Positions 1-10,163 of a DNA stretch of 64,000 bases are shown here, one piece after another. Under the pieces are notes generated by a model, which was not told the origin of the DNA, searched no databases, and worked only from the letters and a program-made list of their open reading frames with translations. How positions within the stretch are numbered: position 1 is the first letter of the stretch; every line of letters starts with the position of its first letter. Made by a program: the position numbers and the translations under genes. This stretch comes from an uncultured Fibrobacteria bacterium. GTDB lineage: Bacteria > Fibrobacterota > Fibrobacteria > UBA11236. Location: assembly GCA_963716395.1 (NCBI GenBank), contig OY970309.1, forward strand, positions 96,001 to 160,000, given 5' to 3'.

Positions 1-1274
1 GGAATATTCTCGCGCCCGGTCTCGACACCGAATTCATCGGCTATGACGCTCTCACCGGCGAAATGCCCATCTTGCGCTACCGTGAAGAAGGCGACACCGT
101 GCTGCTGGTCGCGGCCCGCACGCCGTTTTACGCCGAGTCGGGCGGCCAGGTCGGCGACACCGGATTGATGCGCGGCCAAGGCGTTTCGCTGCGTGTGCTC
201 GACACGGTGAAATTGTTCGACATGGTCTTGCACAAGTGCGTCTTGCTCGACGGCCTGCTCACGCCCGAAGCCCTGCAAAAAGTGGTGGGAACCGTGGATC
301 GCCGCGCCCGCGAAGCCGCCATGCGCAACCACAGCGCCACGCATTTGCTGCATGCCGCCTTGCGCCAAACGCTGGGACCGCATGTGCAGCAACAGGGCTC
401 GCGCGTGGCCCCCGAAGGCCTGCGCTTCGACTTCACCCACTTTCAGCCCATGACGGCCGAAGAAATCCGCACGGTGGAACGGCTCGTGAATGAAAAAATC
501 CAGGCGAACCTGATGGTGTCGCAGGCCGTGCACGGATTGGACGAAGCCAAACACATGGGCGCCATGGCGCTGTTCGGGGAAAAGTACGGCGACCGCGTGC
601 GCGTCATCCGCATGGGCGATTTCAGTCTGGAACTGTGCGGCGGAACGCACGCCGGGGCCACGGGGCAAATCGGATTTTTCAAAATCACTTCGGAAAGCTC
701 CATCGCCGCAGGCGTTCGCCGCATCGAAGCCGTCACCGGCGAGGGGGCGCTCGAACTCGTGACCCAGCGCTTTGAGCAACTCGACGCCATCGGGTCGTCG
801 CTCAAAGCCAAAACGGGCGACGAAGCCGAAAAGGTTGCGGAACTGGCACAGCATGCGCGCGCCCTGGAAAAGGAATTGCGGGAACTGCGCCTGTTCAAGG
901 CGACGCAACAGGCGCAGGCGCTGCTCGGAAAATCGCAACCCCGCGGCAGTCATCCGGTGCTCATCGCCAAACTGGAAACGGAAGACAAGGCCGCCGAACA
1001 GGCGCTGCTCGACGCGATCTTCTCCGGACTCAAACCCCAAGGCGGCGTCGCCGTCCTGACCTCGGCCCTGGGCGGTGCGCTCTCCATTTACGCGCTGTCG
1101 GCGGCGCCGGAAATCAAAGCCGGCGATTTGATCAAAGCGCTGGCGCCGGTGGGCGAAGCCCGCGGCGGCGGTCGAGCCGATCGCGCCCAGGCCGGATCCA
1201 AAGCCGTGCATAAAGAAGCGCAGGTGCTGGCCGCAGCTGAGGACCTGTTGTCGCGCGCCTGGGGTGCCGCATGA
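1..1274 (+). CDS. alaS: Alanine--tRNA ligase, 3' part (begins upstream of window)
   Basis: Frame open from position 3 (TEFIGYD); TPFYAESGGQVGDTG, editing motifs NHSATHLLH and ELCGGTH, SSIAAGVRRIEA, C-terminal GGGR DHHA1 domain. Confidence 0.97.
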   Translation, partial: NILAPGLDTEFIGYDALTGEMPILRYREEGDTVLLVAARTPFYAESGGQVGDTGLMRGQGVSLRVLDTVKLFDMVLHKCVLLDGLLTPEALQKVVGTVDRRAREAAMRNHSATHLLHAALRQTLGPHVQQQGSRVAPEGLRFDFTHFQPMTAEEIRTVERLVNEKIQANLMVSQAVHGLDEAKHMGAMALFGEKYGDRVRVIRMGDFSLELCGGTHAGATGQIGFFKITSESSIAAGVRRIEAVTGEGALELVTQRFEQLDAIGSSLKAKTGDEAEKVAELAQHARALEKELRELRLFKATQQAQALLGKSQPRGSHPVLIAKLETEDKAAEQALLDAIFSGLKPQGGVAVLTSALGGALSIYALSAAPEIKAGDLIKALAPVGEARGGGRADRAQAGSKAVHKEAQVLAAAEDLLSRAWGAA

Positions 1275-2020
1275 TCGGCGCCGTGGAAACAAAATTCGGG
1301 GTGCAACTCGACAGCCGCAAGGCGCTGTTTTTCGTGTTGCTCGATCCCGATTCCGCGCCGCCCGAGCGTATTGTGGCCGGCGGCCTGCAGGCCGCGCAAC
1401 AGGGCGCCGACGCCTTGCTGCTGGGCGGATCGTTTATGGGCAACCCGAATTTTTCCACCATCGCCGAACAGTTGAAGAAGCAGACTTCCATCCCCGTGGT
1501 GCTGTTTCCCGGCGGCAGCGCCCAGGTGGGACCCGGTCCCGATGCCATTCTCTTCACCACCTTGCTCAGCGGCCGCAACCCCCAATACCTGATCGACGAA
1601 CAGGTCAAAGGCGCGGTGCTGGTGAAACGGTTGGGGCTGGAGGCCATTCCCACCGCCTACCTGCTGGTGGAGTCGGGCCAGACCACGGCCGTGGAATACA
1701 TCAGCAATACGCGGCCCCTGCCGGCCGACAAACCGGCGATTGCCGCGGCCCATGCTTTGGCGGCGGAAATGCTCGGGCTGCGATGGGTGTATCTCGAAGC
1801 CGGCAGCGGCGCGCAGCGTCCAGTTCCGGTGGAAATGGTACAGGCCGTGCGGTCGACCTGCGGATTGCGCATCATCGTGGGCGGCGGCATCCGCGACCCG
1901 GAACAGGCGCGCGTCCGCGTGGCGGCCGGAGCCGACGCCATCGTTACGGGAAACTTTTTCGAGTCGGGTAAAAACGACGCTTTGCTCCGCGACTTCGCCG
2001 CGGCCGTGCACGCCGGTTGA
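1271..2020 (+). CDS. Geranylgeranylglyceryl phosphate synthase (GGGPS/PcrB family, group II)
   Basis: LLDPD, LLLGGS, LFPG, LLSGRNPQYLI, PTAYLLV, YLEAGSG, VGGGIR, VTGN motifs; ATGA overlap with alaS stop. Confidence 0.9.
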   Translation: MIGAVETKFGVQLDSRKALFFVLLDPDSAPPERIVAGGLQAAQQGADALLLGGSFMGNPNFSTIAEQLKKQTSIPVVLFPGGSAQVGPGPDAILFTTLLSGRNPQYLIDEQVKGAVLVKRLGLEAIPTAYLLVESGQTTAVEYISNTRPLPADKPAIAAAHALAAEMLGLRWVYLEAGSGAQRPVPVEMVQAVRSTCGLRIIVGGGIRDPEQARVRVAAGADAIVTGNFFESGKNDALLRDFAAAVHAG

Positions 2021-2066
2021 GACCGGCGCTTCTTCTCTGCTTCTTTTGCTGCTGTCGCTTCCGCCC

Positions 2067-2846
2067 TCAGCGCGGCAGCATCCAGATATGCGGCATCGGT
2101 TTGGCCGCCGCGTATTTCTTGCGGTAAGCACTGGGCGACAGCCCGGTTTGCATGCGGAATTGCCGGTTGAAATGGCTGAGATCGTAAAAACCGTTTTCCA
2201 CCGCGATGCGTGAAATCGAAGCCTCGGTTCCGGCCAGGGCCTGGCAGGCGGCCTGGATGCGCACCATGGTGATGTATTTGGAGGGCGAGACCCCGAACAG
2301 GGTCTTGAACTTGCGTTCGAATTGGCTCACCGAAAGCGACGCCAACGACGCCAGCTTGTGGATGTTGATGGAGGCGGTGTAATTTCCCATCACGTAGTCG
2401 ATGATTTTTCCCATCCCCATGAAGTTCGGAAAGCCGGTATTCATCTTTTTGAAATCGCGGGTGATGCCGACGAGGCCGATCACGCGGCTGTCGTCGCCGC
2501 ATACCGGAACCTTGTTGGTGGAATGCCAATCCAGCGACCGGCCCGGATTGATCACCAACTCCACCACATTCAGCAAAGGCTTGCCGGATTGCATCACCCG
2601 CTTGTCGTCCCGGATGTATTGCTCGGAAAGGTATTGGGGGAACACGTCGAAATCGGTGAGTCCGATCAATTCTTCGGCTTTGCGCAGGCCGCATTTTTCC
2701 ACGAAGCCGCTGTTGGCGAAGGTGAACCGGCCCTTGAGGTCTTTGGCGAAGAGGTAGACATCGGGTAGCCCTTCGAATAATTGCTGGAGCGCGGCGGCAA
2801 ATCCGTATTGGCCGATGCGCCATTCGGGGGGAATTTCCATGCCCAT
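2067..2846 (-). CDS. AraC-family regulator with N-terminal PAS domain
   Basis: FAKDLKGRFTFAN...LIGLTDFDVFP...DDKRVM PAS fold; C-terminal SVSQFERKFK / IAVENGFYDLSHFNRQFR double HTH. Confidence 0.9.
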   Translation of the reverse strand: MGMEIPPEWRIGQYGFAAALQQLFEGLPDVYLFAKDLKGRFTFANSGFVEKCGLRKAEELIGLTDFDVFPQYLSEQYIRDDKRVMQSGKPLLNVVELVINPGRSLDWHSTNKVPVCGDDSRVIGLVGITRDFKKMNTGFPNFMGMGKIIDYVMGNYTASINIHKLASLASLSVSQFERKFKTLFGVSPSKYITMVRIQAACQALAGTEASISRIAVENGFYDLSHFNRQFRMQTGLSPSAYRKKYAAAKPMPHIWMLPR

Positions 2847-2974
2847 GGCGAATCAACAATACAAAACAGGCATTTCGACTGGAGTCACTGCTAACGGGCC
2901 ACACGCGCCGGCCTCCGCGCCGGCAATAGCCGACGGGCGGAGGGCCGGATCACATCACCGGATATTCGCCGGCA

Positions 2975-4297
2975 CTACGGATTCCCGAAGGAGTTCGCCA
3001 GGTTTTCCAGCATTTCCTGACCGCCGGATCGGGGCTTGGGATTCCATCCCTTTTCCAGCGCCAGGTCGGAGAGTTCGGCCAAGGTCGTTTTGCCGGAAAG
3101 GATGCGCGTACCCAGTTCACCCTTCCAACCGGCATAGCGCTGTTCCACCACTTTTTCCAGCGCGCCGGACTGGATCATTTTTTCGGCGAGCAAAAGGCCG
3201 TGGGCCAAAACGTCCATGCCGCCGATATGCGCGTAGAACAAATCCTCCGGATCGATGCTTTGACGGCGCAGCTTGGCATCGAAGTTCATGCCGCCCGTGG
3301 TAAAGCCGCCCCCCTTTAGCATGGTGGCCAGGACCAGCGCCACTTCGGAAGCATCGTTGGGGAATTGATCGGTGTCCCAGCCGAGCAGGGGATCGCCGCG
3401 GTTGATGTCGAGGCTGCCGAACAAATCGTTGGCCAGGGCATAGGCGACTTCATGCTGGAAGGTATGGCCGGAAAGAATGGCGTGGTTGGCTTCGATGTTC
3501 ACACGGTACTCGCGCTCCAAATCATAGCGCTGTAAAAAGGCGTGCACGGTGGCGGTGTCGTAATCGTACTGGTGCTTGGTGGGCTCTTTGGGCTTGGGTT
3601 CGATCAGCAAAGTGCCGCGAAAACCGATGCGATGCTTGTGTTCGGCCACCAGGGCGAGAAAGCGCCCGTACTGGTCGGCTTCGCGCTTGAGGTCGGTATT
3701 GAGCAAGGTTTCATAACCTTCGCGGCCGCCCCACAGCACATAGTTCGCCCCCTTGAGCCGGTGCGTCACCTCAAGCATTTTACGCACCTGCACGGCAGCG
3801 CAGGCGAACACTTCGGGATTGGGATTGGTGGCCGCTCCACTCATATAGCGCGGATGGCTGAAAAGATTGGCCGTACCCCACAGCAACTTGACGCCGGTGC
3901 GGGCCATTTCTTTTTCCGCCGCATCGACCAAGCGGTCGAGGTTGTTCTGGCTTTCGCGCAAGGTGGCGCCTTCGGGTGCCATGTCGCGATCGTGAAAGGT
4001 GAAATACGGCACGCCGAGCTTCTCGAAGAACTCGAAGGCCGATTGCAATTTGAGTTCGGCGGCTTGCACCGGCGTTTCGCCCGAAAACCAGGGGCGTTCG
4101 AAGGTGCCGGCACCGAAGACGTCGGAACCGGACCAGGCGAAGGTATGCCAATAGCAGGCGGCGCAACGCAACTGTTCTTCCATCCGTTTGCCCAAGACCA
4201 TGCGGTTGCGGTCGTAATAGCGGAAAGCCAACGGATTGTTGCTTTCCGGCCCTTCGAACCGGATGGGAGAAATGTGTTGGAAATAACTCGGCTTCAT
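2975..4297 (-). CDS. xylA: Xylose isomerase (class II)
   Basis: CYWHTF, FHDRD, WGGREGY, IEPKP, NIEANH, WDTDQF, NFDAK; ATG 4297 with AAGGAG SD, ATGA overlap with xylB stop. Confidence 0.96.
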   Translation of the reverse strand: MKPSYFQHISPIRFEGPESNNPLAFRYYDRNRMVLGKRMEEQLRCAACYWHTFAWSGSDVFGAGTFERPWFSGETPVQAAELKLQSAFEFFEKLGVPYFTFHDRDMAPEGATLRESQNNLDRLVDAAEKEMARTGVKLLWGTANLFSHPRYMSGAATNPNPEVFACAAVQVRKMLEVTHRLKGANYVLWGGREGYETLLNTDLKREADQYGRFLALVAEHKHRIGFRGTLLIEPKPKEPTKHQYDYDTATVHAFLQRYDLEREYRVNIEANHAILSGHTFQHEVAYALANDLFGSLDINRGDPLLGWDTDQFPNDASEVALVLATMLKGGGFTTGGMNFDAKLRRQSIDPEDLFYAHIGGMDVLAHGLLLAEKMIQSGALEKVVEQRYAGWKGELGTRILSGKTTLAELSDLALEKGWNPKPRSGGQEMLENLANSFGNP

Positions 4298-5787
4298 GAT
4301 TCCACTCCTTGTCTGAAAGTCGATTCCGCAAACAGACCGCGCAGGTTGCGGTAAAGCTCGCGATACAGTTCCACCTTGTTCCGATAGAGTTCGGCCGCCT
4401 TGGGATCGGGTTCGGCCACCCGCACCACCTCCGGCGCCGTGCATACCGTGGCGGGATTCTCGCCGGTATGCGCCAGGCGCGCCAAACGCGCGGCGCCGTA
4501 GGCCGGGCCGGTTTCACCGCCGGCCCGATAAACCAAGGGGCGATTCAAGGCCGCGGCCAGGATGCCGCCCCAAAACGCGCTTTGGGTTCCGCCGCCGATC
4601 ACGCTGACTTCGCGAATCGCCGTGGCGCCGGCCGTAAGCGCGGCCTGGCCGTCCGCGAAGGCGAAGGCCACGCCTTCCAAAACGGCGCGGCCCAAGTCGG
4701 CGCGGCCGGTGGTGTGCGTCATTCCGAAAAACACGCCTTTGGCATTGGGATCGTTATGCGGTGTGCGTTCGCCCGAAAGGTAGGGCAGAAATACGGGCGT
4801 TTCCCAGCGCAGCGGCGCGGTTTCGGCTTCGGCCAGCAAGGCGGCCACGTCGGCGGTTCCGGTCAAATGCGCCACCCAGTCGAGGCAACTGGCGGCGCTC
4901 AAAATCACCGACATGCGATGCCAGGTGGCGGGCAGGCAATGGCAAAAGGTGTGTACCGCGCTTTCGGGCCGCGGTGCATAGCGATCGCTGGCCACGAAGA
5001 AAACCCCCGAAGTACCTAAAGAAAGCAAGGCTTCCCCCGACCGCAGCACGCCTACGCCTACGGCTCCGGCCGCATTGTCGCCCGCCCCACCGGCCACCAC
5101 TACGTTTTTTGGCAAGCCCCAAGCCGAAGCCACTTCGGGCGCAAGCCGTCCTCCCGGCGCGCTGCCTTCGACCAGCTCGGGCATGGCGGATACTTTCAAG
5201 TCACAGGCCGCAAGCGCTTCTTCGGACCAGCGGCGGCCGCCCACGTCCATCCACAAAGTACCCGACGCGTCGGACATGTCGGAGACGAAGACTCCGGTCA
5301 TCCGGAAACGCAAATAGTCCTTGGGGAGCAATACCTTGGCCGTGCGCCGGAACACGTCGGACTCATGCCGCGCCACCCACAAAAGCTTGGGAGCGGTGAA
5401 GCCGGGCATGGCGATATTTCCCGTGATCTGCCGCAAGCGCGGCGCGCGCGCTTCCAGTTCGGCGCATTCGGCGCCGCTACGCCCGTCGTTCCAAAGTATG
5501 GCGGGACGTAGGACCCGGCCCTGGCCGTCGAGCAAAGTGGCGCCGTGCATCTGGCCGCTCAGGCCCAGGGCGTGCACACCGGCAAATTCGGACGATCGCC
5601 GTTTGCCGAGCACTATCAGCGCGGCATTCGCGGCGGTCCACCACGATTCCGGATCTTGCTCGGACCACAGCGGATGGAGGCGCGACACCGCAAGCGGCGC
5701 CGACTCCTGATCGAGCACCGCCCCGGCGTCGTCGGTCAAAACTGCCTTTACCGACGAGGTCCCTAAGTCCAATCCGAGATAGGCCAT
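4294..5787 (-). CDS. xylB: Xylulokinase (FGGY family)
   Basis: [45 protein letters not shown]; adjacent to xylA. Confidence 0.95.
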   Translation of the reverse strand: MAYLGLDLGTSSVKAVLTDDAGAVLDQESAPLAVSRLHPLWSEQDPESWWTAANAALIVLGKRRSSEFAGVHALGLSGQMHGATLLDGQGRVLRPAILWNDGRSGAECAELEARAPRLRQITGNIAMPGFTAPKLLWVARHESDVFRRTAKVLLPKDYLRFRMTGVFVSDMSDASGTLWMDVGGRRWSEEALAACDLKVSAMPELVEGSAPGGRLAPEVASAWGLPKNVVVAGGAGDNAAGAVGVGVLRSGEALLSLGTSGVFFVASDRYAPRPESAVHTFCHCLPATWHRMSVILSAASCLDWVAHLTGTADVAALLAEAETAPLRWETPVFLPYLSGERTPHNDPNAKGVFFGMTHTTGRADLGRAVLEGVAFAFADGQAALTAGATAIREVSVIGGGTQSAFWGGILAAALNRPLVYRAGGETGPAYGAARLARLAHTGENPATVCTAPEVVRVAEPDPKAAELYRNKVELYRELYRNLRGLFAESTFRQGVES

Positions 5788-6229
5788 GCTCTGAACCCGA
5801 ATCCTTTAAAAAAACACGTGATGAACGATGAATTTAAGTTGGACGACGCGCACACGGATGTATCCGCACGCTGAAGAAATGTACGCATTCCGCAAGATCC
5901 GCCCCAATCCTTTTTCCCGTCCTGGGAATTTCCGCTGGCGAAAGAACGCGCACACAGCCGCATTCGGCGTCGGCACCCTCATCCGCCGCGGTGGGAAAAT
6001 ACACTCTTTCGCTCCGCGAAACAGGCCGGATATCCGCATCTCCCGCCTCCTGCACCCGAAACATTCATGTTACGATGGGATCGGCCCGTCGACCCGGCGG
6101 CGACAGAGGCGCGGCCCAACCGCTGCCGGCAAGTGCAGCCGACTTGTACGCGGCGCGCAAAGTTGCGGGGGGAGGCTGCGGCGGAAGCAAGGGAAGGCGC
6201 GCCTCGCCGGCGACCTTCTCGCTCGGCCT

Positions 6230-6276
6230 TCCGCCGTAGGCGGACCACTGGCGGACCGCTTACCAGAGGTACCCTT
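6230..6276. repeat. REP/MITE-like element, copy 1
   Basis: TCCGCC-gta-GGCGGA hairpin followed by GGCGGACCGCTTACCAGAGGTACCCTT; 22/27 identical to 43244-43270. Confidence 0.5.
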
Positions 6277-6298
6277 AAAACCTCGGAGTGCTTTTTAC

Positions 6299-6328
6299 TT
6301 GCACGATTCCCGCTTTTCTTATTACATT
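6299..6328 (+). promoter_or_regulatory. Putative sigma70 promoter of the rplM superoperon
   Basis: TTGCAC-18 nt-TACATT, about 30 nt upstream of the rplM ATG. Confidence 0.5.
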
Positions 6329-6357
6329 TGCCCATCCATTTTAACGGGTGGAAAAAC

Positions 6358-6789
6358 ATGAAAACGGTGACCTTCGACTCCCGAAAGCCGGAACGCAAAT
6401 GGTGGGTTCTGGACGCGCGTGAAGCCGTAATCGGGCGTTTGGCGAGCACCGCCGCCAAATTACTGATGGGCAAGCACAAAACGACTTATAGCCCCAATCA
6501 CGATCGCGGTGATTTCGTGGTCATCATCAATGCCGAAAAGGTCGCTTTTACGGGCAAGAAAAGAAACGAAGTGCGGTATTTTCAGCATTCCATGTACCCC
6601 GGCGGCTGGCGCGAATTGACCGTGGATCAGGCCATGCACAACCGGCCCGGCTATCCCATTCGCCACGCGGTTCTGGGCATGTTGCCGCATAATTCCCGCG
6701 GCCGGCTCATGGCGCAAAAACTTCATATCTACGACGGCGACCAACACCCGCATGCCGCGCAAAAACCGGCAGCGATGGCCGTCCGCTAA
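6358..6789 (+). CDS. rplM: 50S ribosomal protein L13
   Basis: RKWWVLDA...GRLAS...LMGKHK...GDFVVIINAEKV...GMLP...HPHAAQKP; ATG 6358. Confidence 0.97.
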   Translation: MKTVTFDSRKPERKWWVLDAREAVIGRLASTAAKLLMGKHKTTYSPNHDRGDFVVIINAEKVAFTGKKRNEVRYFQHSMYPGGWRELTVDQAMHNRPGYPIRHAVLGMLPHNSRGRLMAQKLHIYDGDQHPHAAQKPAAMAVR

Positions 6790-6810
6790 GTTCGGGCAAG
6801 GAGGCTCCCC

Positions 6811-7206
6811 ATCACCACCGAAGATAAATACCGGGCAACCGGCCGTCGCAAAAACGCAGTGGCGCGCGTCATTCTACAGCCGGGAACCGGCAAGCGTGTC
6901 ATCAACAACCGCACTTTCAGCGAATACTTCCGCAACGAAATTCGGGAAATGATTGTCGAACAGCCCTTGAGCGTTGTCGGCGCGAACAAACAATGGGATG
7001 TTATTGTCTCGGCCGACGGCGGCGGCATTTCTGGCCAAGCCGGTGCGGTACGTCTCGCCATCGCCCGTGCGTTGTTGGCCTTCAAGGCCGACTACCGCCC
7101 GCTGCTGCGTGAACATGGGCTGTTAACCCGCGATTCCCGCGCCGTGGAACGGAAGAAATACGGAAAGGCCGGTGCGCGCCGGAGCTTCCAATATTCGAAG
7201 CGTTGA
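6811..7206 (+). CDS. rpsI: 30S ribosomal protein S9 (apparent ATC start)
   Basis: YRATGRRKNAVARV, GGGISGQAGAVR, LTRDSRAVERKKYG...FQYSKR; AAGGAGG SD 6 nt before ATC 6811; first canonical start (GTG 6859) lies inside the conserved motif. Confidence 0.95.
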   Translation: MTTEDKYRATGRRKNAVARVILQPGTGKRVINNRTFSEYFRNEIREMIVEQPLSVVGANKQWDVIVSADGGGISGQAGAVRLAIARALLAFKADYRPLLREHGLLTRDSRAVERKKYGKAGARRSFQYSKR

Positions 7207-7229
7207 GCTTCGGAAAGGCGAATTTTCCT

Positions 7230-7979
7230 ATGTCCATACCCGATCTCCAACAAATGCTCGATGCCGGGGTGCATTTCGGCCATCTCACCAAGCGGTGGAA
7301 TCCGAAAATGCGTCGCTACATCCTGGCCGAGCGCAACGGCATCTATGTGCTCGATTTGAACAAGACCCAGGCCTGCCTGCAGCGCGCCGTCGAGGCGGTG
7401 CGGCGTATTCGACAGCAAGGCCGTTCGGTGCTCTTCGTCGGCACCAAGAAAACCGTCAAAGACTGCATCAAAGAAGAAGCTCTGCGCTGCAACATGTACC
7501 ATGTCACCGAACGCTGGTTGGGCGGCATGCTCACCAATTTCACCACGGTGCGCCGCTCCATCAAACGCCTGGAAGAAATTGAAAAAATGGAAGCCGACGG
7601 CGTGTTCAAAGAGCTGAACAAGAAAGAAGTGCTCACCCTCAACAAAGAGCGCGGCAAACTCGAAGGCATTTTCAGCGGCATCCGCAATATGAAAACCCTG
7701 CCCAGCGCCTTGTTCATTTGCGACACCGAGCATGAGCATATCGCGGTGCATGAAGCCAACCGCCTGCGCATTCCCGTCATCGGCATCGTCGATACCAATT
7801 CCAATCCCGATCAGGCGGCTTTCCCCATTCCCGGCAACGACGACGCCTTGAAATCGGTGAGCCTCATCACGCGCACCATTTCCGACGCCATTCTGGGCGC
7901 GCCGTCGTCCCTCGAGGAACAGCAAAAAGCCGAATCCTCCGCGCCCGTCGCGGTGCCGGCGGTGGAAAGCGCGGACTGA
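7230..7979 (+). CDS. rpsB: 30S ribosomal protein S2
   Basis: AGVHFGH...WNPKM, FVGTKK, RWLGGMLTNF, DTNSNPD, PGNDDA. Confidence 0.97.
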   Translation: MSIPDLQQMLDAGVHFGHLTKRWNPKMRRYILAERNGIYVLDLNKTQACLQRAVEAVRRIRQQGRSVLFVGTKKTVKDCIKEEALRCNMYHVTERWLGGMLTNFTTVRRSIKRLEEIEKMEADGVFKELNKKEVLTLNKERGKLEGIFSGIRNMKTLPSALFICDTEHEHIAVHEANRLRIPVIGIVDTNSNPDQAAFPIPGNDDALKSVSLITRTISDAILGAPSSLEEQQKAESSAPVAVPAVESAD

Positions 7980-8845
7980 TGGCCGAGGTCAGCGCGCAAG
8001 CGGTGCAGCAACTCCGCGAAAAAACCGGGCTTGGCCTGATGCAATGCAAAAAGGCCCTAGCCGAAACCGAGGGCGATTTTGACAAGGCCATCGAGTATCT
8101 GCGCAAACAGGGCGCGGCGGTGGCGGCCAAGCGGGTGGGACGCGAAACCAAAGAAGGCAAGGTTATCTTCGCCACGACCGGCTCGCAAACCGCGGTGCTG
8201 GAGCTCAATTGCGAAACCGATTTCGTCGCTTCTTCCGATGAGTTCGGCCACTTTGCCGAAAAAGCCGCCACGGCCATTGCGGCAGCGGCTCCGGCCGATG
8301 TTGCAGCGGCCCTGGCCCTGCCGGTGGACGGCACAACCTTGGGAGCGCTGCTCACCGCGGTGATCGCCAAGATCGGCGAGAACATCACCTTGCGCCGCTT
8401 CGCCCTCGAAAAGGTCGGGGCCGGCGAACACCTGGAAACCTATTCCCACATGGGCGGTAAAATCGGCGCCTTGGTCAAAGTCGGCTTCAAAGGCGAACCG
8501 CGCGATGCGGCCGGCCTGGCCACCTTGGTCAAAGACCTGGCGATGCAGGTCGCCGCTTCGGCGCCCCTCGCCATCACGTCGACCGACATCTCTTCAGCCC
8601 TGGTTGAGAAAGAACGCGAAATCGCCCGGGAATTGACCCTCAAAGAAGGCAAAACCGGTGAAATGCTCGAGCGCATCGTCGAGGGCAAGGTGAGCAAATT
8701 CTTCAAGGAGAATTGCCTGTTGCAGCAGGTGTTCATCAAGGACAACAAGACCACCATCGACAAGCTCGTGACCGGCGCCGCCAAAAGTCTGGGGCTGGAT
8801 AATCTCGTTATTCTCGCTTTTCACCGACTGCAATTGGGTCAATAG
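7979..8845 (+). CDS. tsf: Elongation factor Ts
   Basis: [44 protein letters not shown]; TGATG overlap with rpsB. Confidence 0.97.
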   Translation: MAEVSAQAVQQLREKTGLGLMQCKKALAETEGDFDKAIEYLRKQGAAVAAKRVGRETKEGKVIFATTGSQTAVLELNCETDFVASSDEFGHFAEKAATAIAAAAPADVAAALALPVDGTTLGALLTAVIAKIGENITLRRFALEKVGAGEHLETYSHMGGKIGALVKVGFKGEPRDAAGLATLVKDLAMQVAASAPLAITSTDISSALVEKEREIARELTLKEGKTGEMLERIVEGKVSKFFKENCLLQQVFIKDNKTTIDKLVTGAAKSLGLDNLVILAFHRLQLGQ

Positions 8846-8850
8846 GGCCC

Positions 8851-9579
8851 ATGTCGGCGCGCTACCGGCGTATCCTCCTCAAACTCAGCGGCGAGGCATT
8901 CGCCGGCAACACCGAATTCGGGCTTGACCCCGCCACCTTTACCCGCCTGGCCGGGGAAATCCTGCAAGTGCATCAAACCGGCGTGCAGGTGGGCATGGTG
9001 ATCGGCGGCGGCAACATCATCCGCGGCGCAACGCTCAGCGAATGCGGCGTCGATCGGGTCACGGCCGATCAAATGGGTATGCTGGCCACGGTAATCAATT
9101 GCCTGTGCATGCAGGATGCCCTGGAAAAACTGGGCGCCTTCACCCGGGTCATGAGCGCCATCCGCATGAGCGCCGTGGCCGAACTGTTCATCCGCCGCCG
9201 GGCCATCCGCCATCTGGAAAAAGGCCGCATCGTACTCTTCGCCGCGGGCACGGGCAATCCTTATTTCACCACCGACAGCGCCGCCACCTTGCGCGCCATC
9301 GAAACCGACTGCGACATTCTCATGAAAGCCACCAATGTCGACGGCGTCTATGACAAAGATCCCAAACAGCATCGCGACGCCCAACGTTTCGATCAATTGA
9401 GCTACACCGAGGTGATCAACCGCCAACTCAAAGTGATGGACACCTCGGCCATCGCGTTGTGCCGGGAAAACAACATGCCCATCATGGTGTTCGACTTGAA
9501 CGTGTCCGGCAACCTGGTGCGCGCGGCCCAGGGCGAACGCATCGGCACCCTGGTCACCCGCGGAGACGCCCATGCTTGA
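8851..9579 (+). CDS. pyrH: UMP kinase
   Basis: [42 protein letters not shown]. Confidence 0.97.
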   Translation: MSARYRRILLKLSGEAFAGNTEFGLDPATFTRLAGEILQVHQTGVQVGMVIGGGNIIRGATLSECGVDRVTADQMGMLATVINCLCMQDALEKLGAFTRVMSAIRMSAVAELFIRRRAIRHLEKGRIVLFAAGTGNPYFTTDSAATLRAIETDCDILMKATNVDGVYDKDPKQHRDAQRFDQLSYTEVINRQLKVMDTSAIALCRENNMPIMVFDLNVSGNLVRAAQGERIGTLVTRGDAHA

Positions 9580-10123
9580 CGTCAAATCGCTCGAAGCCCG
9601 CATGCAGAAGTCGGTGGAGACGCTGCGCAAAGACTTGGCGCGCATCCGCACCGGCATCGCTACCCCGGCCATGCTCGACAACGTCTTCGTCGACTATTAC
9701 GGCACGCGTACCCCGTTGCCCCAGGTCGCCGCCATCACGGTTCCCGAACCGCGTTCTCTCGCGGTGAAACCCTGGGAAAAGGGCCTGCTCGCCGCCCTCG
9801 AGAAAGCCATTCTCGCCAGCGATCTCGGCATCACGCCGCTCAACGACGGCATCTATATCCGCCTGACGCTGCCCGTGCTCACCACCGATCGCCGCCAGGA
9901 ACTGGCCAAGCAGTCGCGCAAGATCGGCGAAGAGGCCAAGGTGGCCGTGCGCAACATCCGCCGCGATGAAAACGAACATTTGAAGAAGTCGGCCAAAGAT
10001 TCCCATCTATCCGAAGACGAATTGAAGCACGAACTCGATCTGGTACAGCACCTCACCGACAAGTACGCGGCCCTGGTCGATCAAATCGTGGCCGACAAGG
10101 AAAAAGACATTATGACGGTTTGA
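9572..10123 (+). CDS. frr: Ribosome recycling factor
   Basis: [12 protein letters not shown]...[26 protein letters not shown]. Confidence 0.96.
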   Translation: MLDVKSLEARMQKSVETLRKDLARIRTGIATPAMLDNVFVDYYGTRTPLPQVAAITVPEPRSLAVKPWEKGLLAALEKAILASDLGITPLNDGIYIRLTLPVLTTDRRQELAKQSRKIGEEAKVAVRNIRRDENEHLKKSAKDSHLSEDELKHELDLVQHLTDKYAALVDQIVADKEKDIMTV

Positions 10124-10163
10124 GGCGCTTTCGGCGTCGCCGCCGGCGCCCCCTCTCGAAATT

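Noticed and set aside
2908-2948. GC-rich hairpin downstream of xylA
   Set aside because: Imperfect and lacks a U-tract, so not called a terminator
4298-4444. N-terminal extension of the xylA ORF
   Set aside because: Overlaps xylB; ATG 4297 has an SD and the XylA N-terminal pattern
6067-6357. 97-aa N-terminal extension of the rplM ORF
   Set aside because: L13 homology starts at ATG 6358; the extension runs through the repeat and promoter
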